A stretch of 63,291 nt of DNA from Victivallaceae bacterium (lineage in GTDB: Bacteria > Verrucomicrobiota > Lentisphaeria > Victivallales > Victivallaceae), in contig JAQUOK010000001.1 of assembly GCA_028717165.1 (NCBI GenBank), positions 1-63,291 of the forward strand. The letters are read 5' to 3'. The notes under the pieces were generated by a model. The model ran no database searches. It had not been told where the DNA came from and saw nothing but the letters and a program-made list of their open reading frames with translations. Positions 45,354-55,570 of the stretch are shown here, piece by piece (position 1 is the stretch's first letter; every line of letters begins with the position of its first letter). The translations under genes were made by a program, and so were the position numbers.

Positions 45354-46379
45354 ATGTCGGACAAGATGACAGCCAGTGAAAGGTTTCGGGCGGTTCTGGA
45401 TTTTTCCCCAACCGACCGCCTGCCGCTCGTCGAATGGGCTCCCTACTGGGATAAAACAAAAGAACGCTGGGAAAAAGAAGGCATGCCGGGGGGAATGGAT
45501 AACGAAGCAATGCAGCGTTATTTCAATCTGGACGTTGTGCTGCAAAATTGGGTAGCGCCGCTTTCCGCCGGAGGCGCGGCGCGCGGAACTGAAGGCGAAC
45601 TGGTTTCCGATGAAGCCGACTACGAAAAACTGCTTGAAGAAGGAAGGCTTTTTTCGGATGAACAGTTGAATGCGGACATTTTGGACAGGTGGGCGGAATG
45701 GGATAAAAAGCGCCGTATACAGGGAGACTCGATCTTAATGCTGACTTTTCTGGGTTTTTTCTGGTTTCCCAGAACTTTGTTTGGCATTGAACCGCATTTC
45801 TACGCTTTTTATGATTGGCCGGAACTGATGCATCGCATGAATCGCGACCTGGCGGAATATAATTTAAAGTGCCTGGAAAGGTTCTGCGGGATCGCCAAAC
45901 CGGATTTTGTTACTTTCGCTGAGGATATGAGCTACAATAACGGCCCGATGCTGTCGGAAAACCTTTTTGACGAATTCATGCTGCCCTGTTACAAAATGCT
46001 GATCCCGCGCCTGAAGGAACTGGATATCAAGGTTATTATCGATTCGGACGGAGATATCACTGAATGTGCGGGCTGGTTCCGTCGGGCCGGAGCCGACGGC
46101 ATGCTGCCGCTGGAGAGGCAGGCTGGGGTAGATATAAATATCCTGCGGAAAAAATACCGCGATATGTGCTGGATCGGGGCTTACGATAAAATGGTCATGA
46201 ATCGCGGCGAAGCCGCAATCAGGAACGAATTCGAACGCTTAATGCCGGTTGCGGAACAAGGCGGCCTGATAATCAGTTGCGATCATCAGACGCCGCCGGG
46301 AGTATCGCTGGAACAATACCGCTGCTATCTTAAATGTTTCCGCGGATATGCCGTTAAAAGAAATCTTTCGCCGCTTTAA
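45354..46379 (+). CDS. uroporphyrinogen decarboxylase (URO-D) family protein (MtaA/CmuA-like, function unknown)
   Basis: N-terminal 'TASERFRAVLDFSPTDRLPLVEW' and 'FAEDMSYNNGPMLS' are typical of URO-D-like proteins. ATG at 45354 follows aagga; the track start is TTG at 45348. Confidence 0.7.
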   Translation: MSDKMTASERFRAVLDFSPTDRLPLVEWAPYWDKTKERWEKEGMPGGMDNEAMQRYFNLDVVLQNWVAPLSAGGAARGTEGELVSDEADYEKLLEEGRLFSDEQLNADILDRWAEWDKKRRIQGDSILMLTFLGFFWFPRTLFGIEPHFYAFYDWPELMHRMNRDLAEYNLKCLERFCGIAKPDFVTFAEDMSYNNGPMLSENLFDEFMLPCYKMLIPRLKELDIKVIIDSDGDITECAGWFRRAGADGMLPLERQAGVDINILRKKYRDMCWIGAYDKMVMNRGEAAIRNEFERLMPVAEQGGLIISCDHQTPPGVSLEQYRCYLKCFRGYAVKRNLSPL

Positions 46380-46977
46380 GCCAGGCGTCGGTGATCAGCT
46401 GATGTCCGGCAAGGGAGGGGTGCACCCCGTCCCAGAGCCAGTATTTCGGCGGCGCTTTTTTGACGGCCGCATTTAAAAGAGACTGGATCGGGACAAACTT
46501 GAAATTGAATTCTTCGGCCAGTTCCCTGACGATTTTGCGGCGCGCTTCGATTTCTTCAAGCCATTCCGCGGATACCGCGCCGAATTCCAGGACAAACGGT
46601 TCGCACAGCACCACTTTTATCCGCGGCAGGACGTTCTGCGTCCAGGTCAGAATTTCATGATAAATGCGGCCGTAGCGTTCAACTTCGACGCCGTTGTCCG
46701 AAGAAAAAGTATGCCAGGTGTCGTTAACTCCGATCAGAATACTCAATACGTCCGGTTTCAGGTTCAGCGCGTCGATCTTCCAGCGGGCGTAAAGATCAAC
46801 GACCCGGTTGCCGCTTATTCCGCGGTTATAAACCTGTATATTTTTATCCGGATGGTCTGCCAGCAGCCGGGCGGCCGTCAGCGCCGGGTAACCGGCTCCA
46901 AGGTCGGTATTGGGTTCTGCTGTTTCCCGGCTTCTGCCGCAGTCCGTAATCGAATCGCCCTGAAAAAGAATTTTCAT
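46354..46977 (-). CDS. SGNH/GDSL-family hydrolase (cytoplasmic, no signal peptide)
   Basis: 'ILFQGDSITD', 'GISGN', 'IGVNDT', 'DGVHPSLAGH'. 207 aa. Confidence 0.85.
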   Translation of the reverse strand: MKILFQGDSITDCGRSRETAEPNTDLGAGYPALTAARLLADHPDKNIQVYNRGISGNRVVDLYARWKIDALNLKPDVLSILIGVNDTWHTFSSDNGVEVERYGRIYHEILTWTQNVLPRIKVVLCEPFVLEFGAVSAEWLEEIEARRKIVRELAEEFNFKFVPIQSLLNAAVKKAPPKYWLWDGVHPSLAGHQLITDAWLKAAKDFF

Positions 46978-48110
46978 TATTTATTTCCTGCTTTTAATTT
47001 GTGGAAAAAATCCAGAAAAGCACCAAACTGATGCTTTTTATTCATTTTGCTGACCATTAAATTACGCGCCTTTTCACCCATTTCCAGACAGGTTTCGGGA
47101 TTTTTCACAGTTTTTTCAATCGCTTCGGCAAATTCTTCGACATTGCCTGCGGCAGTAAGAAATCCGGTTTCTCCGTCAACCACCACCTCCGGAATGCCCG
47201 CGAGGTCGGCGGCGATGACCGGGATCTTCATGCTCATCGCTTCCAGCAGCACATTGGGCAGCCCTTCCTTGTACAGGCTGGGAAACGCCAGTATGTCGAT
47301 GCGTTCAAAAACATAATTCGGTTCACGGGTGAACGGGAAAAACGAAACATGTTCCCGCAAGCCGTAAACTTCCGTAACGGCTTTGAGCATCGCCTCATCC
47401 GGACCCTCGCCGACAAACATGACATGAATGTCCGGAACCCTGTCCGCGTCCAGCAGGTATTTTACCGCCTGCAGCAGAATGATCTGCCCCTTGCGGTTTT
47501 CCATTGCGCCTATCGACCCCAGTACCGGGAAGGAATTTTCCTTTAGCGGATAGCGTTTCAGCGCCTCGGTCTGCCCGGCTTTACTGGCAGTGAAACGGTC
47601 TACTTCGGTTCCCTGGTAAATCAGGGTTATTTTGTCCGCAGGTATTTTATAAATTTCTTCAAGGTATTTTCGGGTAAAATCAGTTATGCAGATAACCTCA
47701 GTCGCAACTTCAGGGGCGGGCAGATAATATTCCCGTTTGTACCACGGGACGATCGAGCCGGTTTTGGGTATCATTATGGTTTGCAAATTGCCGTCCCTGA
47801 TGCATTCCGCCCCGAACTTCACGCAATGAAAACCGTTGCGCGGCGGATGCACCGTGGTAACCGCGACGTCACACGGGGCCAGCCCGGCAATCCAGGCGCT
47901 TTTGTATTTTTCCGGATTTACGGCAATATCGTCAAAGTCATAGCCGTTTACCCGGGCGCCGTATTCGGCACAGGTTTGCGCGACGAAACTCCCGTCCGGC
48001 GCGATTACCGAAACTTCTTCCCCGCCGGCAATAAATTTTTCTACCGCCTCAGTAACCCAGATCTGAGTACCGCCCCGCAGCGGCGTGTCTTCGATAAAAG
48101 CGATATGCAT
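46977..48110 (-). CDS. glycosyltransferase family 4 (GT-B)
   Basis: 'FPSLYKEGLPNVLLEAMSMKIPVIAADLAGIPEVV' (E-x7-E). 377 aa. Confidence 0.88.
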   Translation of the reverse strand: MHIAFIEDTPLRGGTQIWVTEAVEKFIAGGEEVSVIAPDGSFVAQTCAEYGARVNGYDFDDIAVNPEKYKSAWIAGLAPCDVAVTTVHPPRNGFHCVKFGAECIRDGNLQTIMIPKTGSIVPWYKREYYLPAPEVATEVICITDFTRKYLEEIYKIPADKITLIYQGTEVDRFTASKAGQTEALKRYPLKENSFPVLGSIGAMENRKGQIILLQAVKYLLDADRVPDIHVMFVGEGPDEAMLKAVTEVYGLREHVSFFPFTREPNYVFERIDILAFPSLYKEGLPNVLLEAMSMKIPVIAADLAGIPEVVVDGETGFLTAAGNVEEFAEAIEKTVKNPETCLEMGEKARNLMVSKMNKKHQFGAFLDFFHKLKAGNK

Positions 48111-48130
48111 ACTAAATCTCCTGTAAATGG

Positions 48131-49858
48131 TTAATCTCCCCGGCAGAGAACCTTGAAAAATTCCCTGAATTTACGGACGATCATCCCGGTGCCGTAACGG
48201 CTTCGTACCGCTTCCCGGTTATGTTCCCGCCAATCGTCGAAACGTTCGGGATAAAGCAGCAGTTCGGTAACTTTATCGAGAAAGCTTTTTTTGAATTCTC
48301 CTGCAGGAAAGCGCAGATAAAGAATCTGTTCGTTTTCCGGCAGGTCGCTGCCGACCACTTCGTCAAAAACTTCTTCCGGGTAATAACGGCGGCAAACTAT
48401 CGGGACGCCTCCGGCGCTGGATTCGATGATCGGCAGCCCGCGCCCTTCGGTTTCACTGGGAAACAGCACGAGGTCGGCAAGCTGGTAAATCTCCTCTATG
48501 CATAAAGGCTGTAAATTCAGTTTTTCAAAACACGGATGGTTTTCATTGCCGACGGAAAAAACCAAAAATATCCGGTCGGCGTCCGCTTCCGGGAGCTTAC
48601 CGCACAACGCCTGATAGGCTTCCAGAATGTTTTCCAGGTCGTCCTGATGCTCGATCGGCGTCGGCCCGGTTACATGCAGGACTATCTGTTTTGAACGGTC
48701 GGCGAAAAAAGCCTTCGCAAAGGGTTCGTGTTCGAGCAGGGCGGACAGGAGTTCCTCGTCCCGGTCAATATGCTTGCGCAGGATCACCCGGGTCGGCTGC
48801 AGAAAATAGTAAGTTCCCGCCGCCGCCAGATCCAGTTTCAGGCCGTTGCGGTTGCCGCAGGCGACCGGTTTTTCGTCCCGCATCCATGCCGGCAGTTTCG
48901 CCAGATGTTCCCGCACATCGACCGTGGTAATCAGCGGTTCGCCGCCGGAAATAATATAATTCATGCGCGAGCGCACCGATCTGACGTGTTCCGGGCTGGA
49001 ATGAATGAAAAAACTGTCGCTGATCGAAGTGCCGAGTTCAAAAACCCTGCCGGAATCAAAACCGAAACGCGCGACCAGCGTCCGGCTCTGGGGTTGATTT
49101 ATGTTCACCTGAAGCCAGCGGCGGCCGTTCCAGGGGTAAAGCCGGGAAAAAAGCCGGAAAAAAGCATGATTGTCCATATTGCGGAAAAAATGATCGCGGG
49201 GCCCCGCTTCTTCTCCGGGGCGGCGTTCGCTTGCGGGTTTGCCGCCTTCCCAGTAATAATCATGATTTGAACTGATAACGTAAATATCCAGCATTTCGGC
49301 GGCGATGATAAAGCCCAGGGCCACGGCGACATTTCCGGGATTTGACAGAATATTTACGGGGATCGCCAGTTTTATTTTATCAGCGGAAAAATAATCGCCG
49401 AGTTCAAGGGCAAAGTTTTTGGCCTGATCCCATATTTCCTGCGCCATGCGCCGGGATACTTCGCTGCCTTCGGGCATATCTTCGTAGAAAAGTTTGGCGA
49501 ACGGCTGGCCGTCACACCATTTGTCCCAGCCGTTGAAATTATCTATTTTGAAACGCTTCCAGTAATCTTTCAGCACGATATCGGCTTTTTCATGGAAATC
49601 GCCGCCGATAAAATGCAGGGGAATTCCCGGCAGTATATGTTCCAGGCATTCGGCGTATTTGAAAATCTCGATCGAGACGCCGTCTATACCGAAGTCATAA
49701 GTTACAAACGCCGCGCCGTCGGCAAGCCGGGACAGAAATTCCTTTTCCGTTAATTTCGGGACCGGGTCAGGGTTCAGCGCTGCCGGATCAAGAAATTCGG
49801 AAATATCCCGCCAGTCGTTGACCTCGACGCTATTTAGAACAGTTCTCAGTTTTGTCAT
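48131..49858 (-). CDS. glycosyltransferase-like protein with GT4-type C-terminal region and atypical long N-terminal half, 575 aa
   Basis: 'LVLFPSETEGRGLPIIESSAGGVPIV' looks like an E-x7-E region. I do not recognise the first ~380 aa. Confidence 0.7.
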   Translation of the reverse strand: MTKLRTVLNSVEVNDWRDISEFLDPAALNPDPVPKLTEKEFLSRLADGAAFVTYDFGIDGVSIEIFKYAECLEHILPGIPLHFIGGDFHEKADIVLKDYWKRFKIDNFNGWDKWCDGQPFAKLFYEDMPEGSEVSRRMAQEIWDQAKNFALELGDYFSADKIKLAIPVNILSNPGNVAVALGFIIAAEMLDIYVISSNHDYYWEGGKPASERRPGEEAGPRDHFFRNMDNHAFFRLFSRLYPWNGRRWLQVNINQPQSRTLVARFGFDSGRVFELGTSISDSFFIHSSPEHVRSVRSRMNYIISGGEPLITTVDVREHLAKLPAWMRDEKPVACGNRNGLKLDLAAAGTYYFLQPTRVILRKHIDRDEELLSALLEHEPFAKAFFADRSKQIVLHVTGPTPIEHQDDLENILEAYQALCGKLPEADADRIFLVFSVGNENHPCFEKLNLQPLCIEEIYQLADLVLFPSETEGRGLPIIESSAGGVPIVCRRYYPEEVFDEVVGSDLPENEQILYLRFPAGEFKKSFLDKVTELLLYPERFDDWREHNREAVRSRYGTGMIVRKFREFFKVLCRGD

Positions 49859-49994
49859 GCGCCCTCCTGTATTTATTGCCTAACCTGATAGCTTATAATT
49901 AGCACACAAAAGGACTAATATCAAATCCGGGCGGCGGATGGCAGCGCTATTCGTTTCGCTTAAGTTCAAATGCGCAATGTTCAGGCAACAGATA

Positions 49995-50843
49995 TTATTT
50001 GATGACGCAGGTACGGACAAATTCCGAGGGCGAAAGTCCCAGCCGCCGCTTGAACAGACGGCTGAAGTAATGAACACTCCGGAAACCGCATTTTTCGCTC
50101 GCGGCAGTAACGGAATCGCTTTTCGCCAGGAACAGCCTGGCCATTTTCAGACGGTAATCAATATGGTAATTGACCGGGGAAACCGCGAAATATTCCCTGA
50201 ACAGCTTTGAAAAATAGGTGAAACTGAACCCGGAAACCTTCGCCATCTCTTCAAGCGAGAGGTCACTGGCATAATTCTCTTCGATAAAATCCCGGACCCG
50301 GTTAATCATTTTATAATTGACCGAACACCTTTCTGCCGCACGGTTCCGAAGATGTTCAAACAAGATGGCGATAATCGAAAGCGCTATCGATCTTACCGTC
50401 AACAGATAACCGCTTTCTTTCAGCGTATAAGCGGTAAGCAGTTTTGCAAACAGACTCTCAAGGTGCGGATGATATAGCAGATTGAATTTTCGGGGACAGG
50501 CCGCTTTCAGTCGGTTTTCCGCTTCAGCGTTTCCGGGGCCGAAAAGCGTAACGTGCAGAACATAGACATGCAAAGACTGGTCTTCATCGGCTTTTTCCTG
50601 CTGATAGCTTTCTCCCGGTTTCATGACGACCAGATCACCGGGCTGCAAATTTATCCAGCGATTATTTATCTTCACCGCACCTCTGCCTTCGGTAATGTAC
50701 CAGATGTCAAAATCGTTTTGAATTCTTTCAAACGCGCTGCTTACCCAGCCCTTGTCATCCTTGAAAAAACCGATCGAGTTGACGGCCGGAGCAACGGCTT
50801 CATAAAAACTTTCAGACCACAGCTCAATTGACTGCTTCGGCAT
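49995..50843 (-). CDS. AraC-family transcriptional regulator with N-terminal cupin sensor domain
   Basis: 'WYITEGRGAVKINNRWINLQPGDLVVMKPGE' cupin and C-terminal 'LSLEEMAKVSGFSFTYFSKLFREYF...CGFRSVHYFSRLFKRRLGLSPSEF'. The ATG at 50843 is preferred, because the track's extra 51 N-terminal aa are a translation of AT-rich promoter DNA. Confidence 0.85.
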   Translation of the reverse strand: MPKQSIELWSESFYEAVAPAVNSIGFFKDDKGWVSSAFERIQNDFDIWYITEGRGAVKINNRWINLQPGDLVVMKPGESYQQEKADEDQSLHVYVLHVTLFGPGNAEAENRLKAACPRKFNLLYHPHLESLFAKLLTAYTLKESGYLLTVRSIALSIIAILFEHLRNRAAERCSVNYKMINRVRDFIEENYASDLSLEEMAKVSGFSFTYFSKLFREYFAVSPVNYHIDYRLKMARLFLAKSDSVTAASEKCGFRSVHYFSRLFKRRLGLSPSEFVRTCVIK

Positions 50844-50988
50844 CCGCAACACCCCCAATAACCTGCAAAAATAATATAATGCAAAAAGAAAATAAATTAA
50901 TCTAAATACAAGCACAATATAATATATTATAATAATAGCATAGTAATAAAATATCAACAAAGTCAATTTCAAATAAAGGGTCACGGCG

Positions 50989-52650
50989 ATGGACAATGAT
51001 TTGACATTTATAAGCGAATGGCTTGACAGAGCCTTTAAACTGGCGCTTACCTGGTCTGACGATAACGGGAGAATGTGCGACCGGTATGAAACCGTGTATT
51101 CGGAAAATTTCGCTCCCGCCTGCTGGAGTGTCGTTGCTGCGGGATTATACGTGTTGACGGATGAGAGGAAATATCTTGAATGGACAATGAAATGGGTCAG
51201 GCGCAGCTCGCAACTGATGAAAGAGAATCCGGGCCTGAGAGATTATACATTAGGTTACGCTTCCATGATCTTTCCTGTCCTGCGGGAGAAGTCAGGAGGT
51301 AAAGCGTTAAAGGAAATTCAGGAAGATTATGCAAGTTCATATACAGGTGAAAGGCCCGTATCCGGAGACATGCATATTGCGGCTCTTCAACTGATAGGGG
51401 ATTTATATTGTTCACCCCACCGGGAAGATGCCGCCTTGGAGAGGAGTAAAAAAATCCTTGCGACAATTGAGCGGCGGATCAATGAACTCGGATTTCTTAC
51501 AGATGACAATGCACATGGAAATTCAATCCCTCATATGCTGCTGACATGCAGTATTCTCTCCGTCATTCTTCTTGATGACGACTCCCAAATAAAAGACCGT
51601 GCCTTGTCTGTAATAGAAAAAGTCAATAAATGGCTTCGCCGCTTTAATGGGAATAATTATCTGCCCGTACAGGCGAACAGAAGTTATAATCAAATGTATA
51701 CGTATCCCCTGACGGCGCTGTTGAATTTCATTGAAAACGGACACGACAGTATTGATCGAGTTAGGTTTTTGTGGGAATTTCAAACCCGCTTTGTTGATGA
51801 GAAAGGAATTCTCCGGATTACCCCTAATTATTTATCTTCTTATGCCGGCGCCGGTGTGGAAACTAATTACAACCGCCTGGACAATGACCTTGGGGCCGGT
51901 GCCGTGGGCTGGATCATTCTTCTGCTGCTTGCGTCAAAAAACCGGCAGGACAAAAAACATGAAATAAAAAAAGAAAATGGTATTACAGCTGATAATGACG
52001 CGGGTTTTGCTGTTTTTCACAAGGATAATCAAAGAGTATTCTTCGCTTTGAGGAACCATAAATGGCAGTATCATCTGCCCCTGCAGCCTATATCGATTTG
52101 CTTCTCTCAGCATTTAAATCCCTTTTGCGGGGCCAAAAGAAGCGGAACCAACAATCCTTACACAAAATTAATTGCGGACCTTTCAAAAGTAAATCCGCTG
52201 CTGGAGCCATACTGGGGGATATTCGGGAAAACCGCGGATAACGGCTATGTGATCATGAACGGCGAAGCGACAGCTTGCCCTGACGGCGGCTATAGACTTG
52301 ACGGATGCGGAATCGAAATGGAATTCAGGGTAAAAGCCGAAAACGGTTCGTTATTTTTGCATTATCGCTATACCGTAACAGGAGCGGAGTCGGCGTTTTA
52401 TGCTGTTCCAATATTGCTGTGGGACGGAAAAAATGAACTTCATTATGATATCGCCGGGAATTCGGCGAAACTCCGCTGGCTGGGGAGAGAATACAATTTA
52501 TCCGTTTCAACTCCTGATATTTGGGCCTTATCAATGGAACGTTCTTATTCAACCGGATATGGCCTGAATGGGCATTTTATCATTCCTGTCAACAGACAAG
52601 GCGAATTAACAATAACGTTTGCTGAAACGGCAAATAACGGAGATCAGTGA
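50989..52650 (+). CDS. hypothetical cytoplasmic protein A, 553 aa (unassigned family)
   Basis: Long ORF and first gene of a six-gene operon. No signal peptide or TM helix. The helical-looking N-terminal half and beta-rich C-terminal third are inference only. Confidence 0.7.
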   Translation: MDNDLTFISEWLDRAFKLALTWSDDNGRMCDRYETVYSENFAPACWSVVAAGLYVLTDERKYLEWTMKWVRRSSQLMKENPGLRDYTLGYASMIFPVLREKSGGKALKEIQEDYASSYTGERPVSGDMHIAALQLIGDLYCSPHREDAALERSKKILATIERRINELGFLTDDNAHGNSIPHMLLTCSILSVILLDDDSQIKDRALSVIEKVNKWLRRFNGNNYLPVQANRSYNQMYTYPLTALLNFIENGHDSIDRVRFLWEFQTRFVDEKGILRITPNYLSSYAGAGVETNYNRLDNDLGAGAVGWIILLLLASKNRQDKKHEIKKENGITADNDAGFAVFHKDNQRVFFALRNHKWQYHLPLQPISICFSQHLNPFCGAKRSGTNNPYTKLIADLSKVNPLLEPYWGIFGKTADNGYVIMNGEATACPDGGYRLDGCGIEMEFRVKAENGSLFLHYRYTVTGAESAFYAVPILLWDGKNELHYDIAGNSAKLRWLGREYNLSVSTPDIWALSMERSYSTGYGLNGHFIIPVNRQGELTITFAETANNGDQ

Positions 52651-54500
52651 AAATGAAGGGTTATCCGCTCAAGAAAAAATGGGAACGGTTGCGGACGCAG
52701 GCAGCAACAGCCGAAACAGTTCAGCCCACCGGGATCGATAAATCGTTTTACCTGGACCTGGCCGAAAAGATAGTAAGAACAGCCGTCCCGTGGCAAAGTG
52801 ATGACGGCATGATTATCGATCCTTATTTTCATGCCGAGGCCAATTCCGGAAGCGCGAGATTTGTCGGCGCCCTGGGGCAATTGATCAAAGCGGGGAGGTG
52901 TCTGGATCTCATCGACGTATGTATAAAGAGTTATGAGCATTGTCTCGGCCGTCTGGACGAATTGGCGACCTGTCCGGAATTCTGGACCAAGGAAATGATG
53001 TACGCGTATGAGGCCCTTCACGACAAAATAGAAAAATCCAGACAGCAAAGGTGGCGTGATTTGTGGCTGCGCCATAAGCCCCGGGAGTATTACGCGTGCG
53101 CCGTCAAACAAATGACCAACAATTTCTGGGTTTTTGCCATAACGGGGGAATTTCTGAAAGCCAAACAGGATTTGAACGGCGACCTGGAACTGGTGGACGA
53201 GGGACTGGAAATATTGCTTCGGGATTTCACGGAATACGGTATGTATCGCGACCCCAATGACCCGATAGTCTACGATCTCGTGGTCAAGCAGCAGTTGTTT
53301 TTCCTGCTGGAACAGGGATACCGGGGAAAACATTACGCGGAACTGCGGGAAATCTGTGAAAGAGGGGCTATAAGCTCGCTTCTGACCCAGTCCGTGACCG
53401 GGGAAACGCCGTTCGGCGGCCGCAGCAACCAGTATCATTGGGTGGAAGGACACTTCTGCTGTCTGACGGAAAGCGCGGCCGCATATTTTAAAGCGCAGGG
53501 TGATACGCTGACGGCGGGGATATTCAAAAGAGCGGCAAGAACAGCGGCTCTTTCCACGAAAAGCTGGATATTGGATATGGAACCCTACCGCCATCTCAAA
53601 CAGGGATTTCATCCCGCGACTTTCCATGGTATAGACAGTTACGGCAATATCGGCATTTATGGAATTCTGGCGGCCAGCCTTCTCGGAACAGCGTTCCACA
53701 TCGCCGACGATTCAGTGGCGGAAACACTTACCCCGGCGGAGGCCGGAGGCTATGTTTTCGCCTTGTGGCCGGAATTCCATAAGGTATTCGCTTCCTGCGG
53801 CGGCTATCATGCGGAACTGGATACCAAAGCCGATCATCATTATGACGCCACCGGTTTCGGGAGACTGCATAAACAGGGAATGCGGCCGGAAAGCATTTTA
53901 TCGGCAAGCATTGCGAGCGCTCCGAATTATGTCAAGAACGCCAAAGGCGCGGCTCATAACGATTCCCTCCTCTGGAAACCGGAAGGCAGCAAATCCGCCT
54001 ATACCAGACTGGACTCCTTTGAAAAAGAAAATTCCGACAACCTGACAATTGGGCCGGAATGGACGGATACCGCCGGGAAAAAATGGCGGCTGGCCGATTT
54101 CGAAGAAGAGATCAAAGAAGTCAAATTGGACGTCCTGGAGGAAAGCGGAGACCAAGTCGAATTCAGGGTCATTTACAAAGGCGATCTGGGCGGCTGTTCC
54201 AAGGTTACGGAGAAATACCGGATCAGCAGCGAAGGAGTTCATTATGAAGCGGAACTTGACCGGGCCGATTTCGCTTTGCGGCTGCTGGCGCCGCTGATTA
54301 TAACCGATGGCATGGAAACGTCGGACATTACAACGGATGCGGAGGGATTCCGGGTCAGTTACCGGAACGACCGTTTCAGTATCCGCGCTCAAGAAGGAAA
54401 ATTCCGGATTTCCGACGAAAATCCCGCCTCAAACCGTAACGCCGTATATCGTGTTGGAGTGATTGAGGATAATAAAATATTCATTCGGAGCGAAAAATAA
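52647..54500 (+). CDS. hypothetical cytoplasmic protein B, 617 aa (unassigned family)
   Basis: 4-nt overlap with protein A (GTG 52647; alternative ATG 52653). Shares the 'W-x-(S)DDG-x3-D-x-Y' N-terminal motif with protein A. Confidence 0.7.
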   Translation: MKMKGYPLKKKWERLRTQAATAETVQPTGIDKSFYLDLAEKIVRTAVPWQSDDGMIIDPYFHAEANSGSARFVGALGQLIKAGRCLDLIDVCIKSYEHCLGRLDELATCPEFWTKEMMYAYEALHDKIEKSRQQRWRDLWLRHKPREYYACAVKQMTNNFWVFAITGEFLKAKQDLNGDLELVDEGLEILLRDFTEYGMYRDPNDPIVYDLVVKQQLFFLLEQGYRGKHYAELREICERGAISSLLTQSVTGETPFGGRSNQYHWVEGHFCCLTESAAAYFKAQGDTLTAGIFKRAARTAALSTKSWILDMEPYRHLKQGFHPATFHGIDSYGNIGIYGILAASLLGTAFHIADDSVAETLTPAEAGGYVFALWPEFHKVFASCGGYHAELDTKADHHYDATGFGRLHKQGMRPESILSASIASAPNYVKNAKGAAHNDSLLWKPEGSKSAYTRLDSFEKENSDNLTIGPEWTDTAGKKWRLADFEEEIKEVKLDVLEESGDQVEFRVIYKGDLGGCSKVTEKYRISSEGVHYEAELDRADFALRLLAPLIITDGMETSDITTDAEGFRVSYRNDRFSIRAQEGKFRISDENPASNRNAVYRVGVIEDNKIFIRSEK

Positions 54501-54502
54501 TC

Positions 54503-55552
54503 ATGAATACAGGAAACTTCGTTTCCAGATATTTATTGGAAGGGACTTGGAACAGTTTTTGCAGAACGGACGGACTCATAACGCCGAATTATGCCTTTAT
54601 CGATGCTCTTCAGGCAGCCGGTTTCACTCATCTCGTCATTTTCTGGGGGGAGAGAGAAGATTTTTCCGAGGCTTGGAAAAAATTAATCTTCTATGCGCAC
54701 GAGAAGCACATAAAAGTGATAAAAGGGCTTTATTTATTTTGGGGAACCGAGGATGGATGGCAATTTCCTGCCGTCCCCCGGAACCTCATGAAATGGGATA
54801 AGGAGAAAAAAATCCATATCGTCTGCCCCGGCAATACCGGAGCCCAAACATTTTGGAGATCCTATTATGGAAAGCTCTGTTCAGAATTTGAATTTGATGG
54901 GTTCATGCTGGAAACGGCGAGAACCGTCGATAAAGAATGTCATTGCGATAAGTGCCGTGAAAACAATATATATGCACAGGACCGTATAATCATAAACCGG
55001 TTTCTGAGCGAAATTCCGGAATCGGACCGGGAGTTCTCATTTGTTGCGGCGGCGCCGCAATCCGGGCAGGATACGCTTCTCATGATGAATGAATATAAAG
55101 CGATTGATCAACGGGTAAAATATTTTTTCAATTCCCGGATCAATTCATTGGAAGGACTTCAGTCCTGGATGAACATGGGGGAACGTTTCAGTCCCTTATA
55201 TCGAACTGGTCGCTTCTTTCTGTTTCCGGACGGAAAACCCAGAAAAAATCAGGCCGCGTTCATTTGCCGTTCTTTCAAAACGGCGGCCGGAGCCGGGAAA
55301 ACTGCCGTGGCGGTGGAATACCGGCTCAATGGCGGCCGGCACTATCCGTTGTCTTCAGACAGAAAATCTGTTGTAATTCCGTTTCGTCCGATTCCGGCAA
55401 GCCTTTTACTCATCGGGAAGGCTGCTGAAAATCCTTGCTTATCGTCTTCGGAGCAAAAAGCTGTTTTGAATGAAATCCTGAAACGTACCGTAAACGATTT
55501 AAATGATCCGCTGCTTCATTATTTCGGACTTAGCGGACCGAATGAAGCCTGA
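54503..55552 (+). CDS. hypothetical cytoplasmic protein C, 349 aa (possible TIM-barrel glycosidase-like; CHCDKC cluster)
   Basis: Starts 2 nt after the protein B stop. 'GFMLETARTVDKECHCDKCREN' contains C-x-C-x2-C. The fold assignment is speculative. Confidence 0.65.
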   Translation: MNTGNFVSRYLLEGTWNSFCRTDGLITPNYAFIDALQAAGFTHLVIFWGEREDFSEAWKKLIFYAHEKHIKVIKGLYLFWGTEDGWQFPAVPRNLMKWDKEKKIHIVCPGNTGAQTFWRSYYGKLCSEFEFDGFMLETARTVDKECHCDKCRENNIYAQDRIIINRFLSEIPESDREFSFVAAAPQSGQDTLLMMNEYKAIDQRVKYFFNSRINSLEGLQSWMNMGERFSPLYRTGRFFLFPDGKPRKNQAAFICRSFKTAAGAGKTAVAVEYRLNGGRHYPLSSDRKSVVIPFRPIPASLLLIGKAAENPCLSSSEQKAVLNEILKRTVNDLNDPLLHYFGLSGPNEA

Positions 55553-55570
55553 AACATCAAGGAGGTTAAA

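Noticed and set aside
52644-53699. 351-aa minus-strand ORF opposite hypothetical protein B
   Set aside because: The plus-strand ORF is longer (617 aa) and is translationally coupled to its neighbours on both sides. The minus-strand translation is Arg/Phe/Gln-rich and lacks any operon context. Because B itself has no family assignment, this rejection is slightly less certain than the others.
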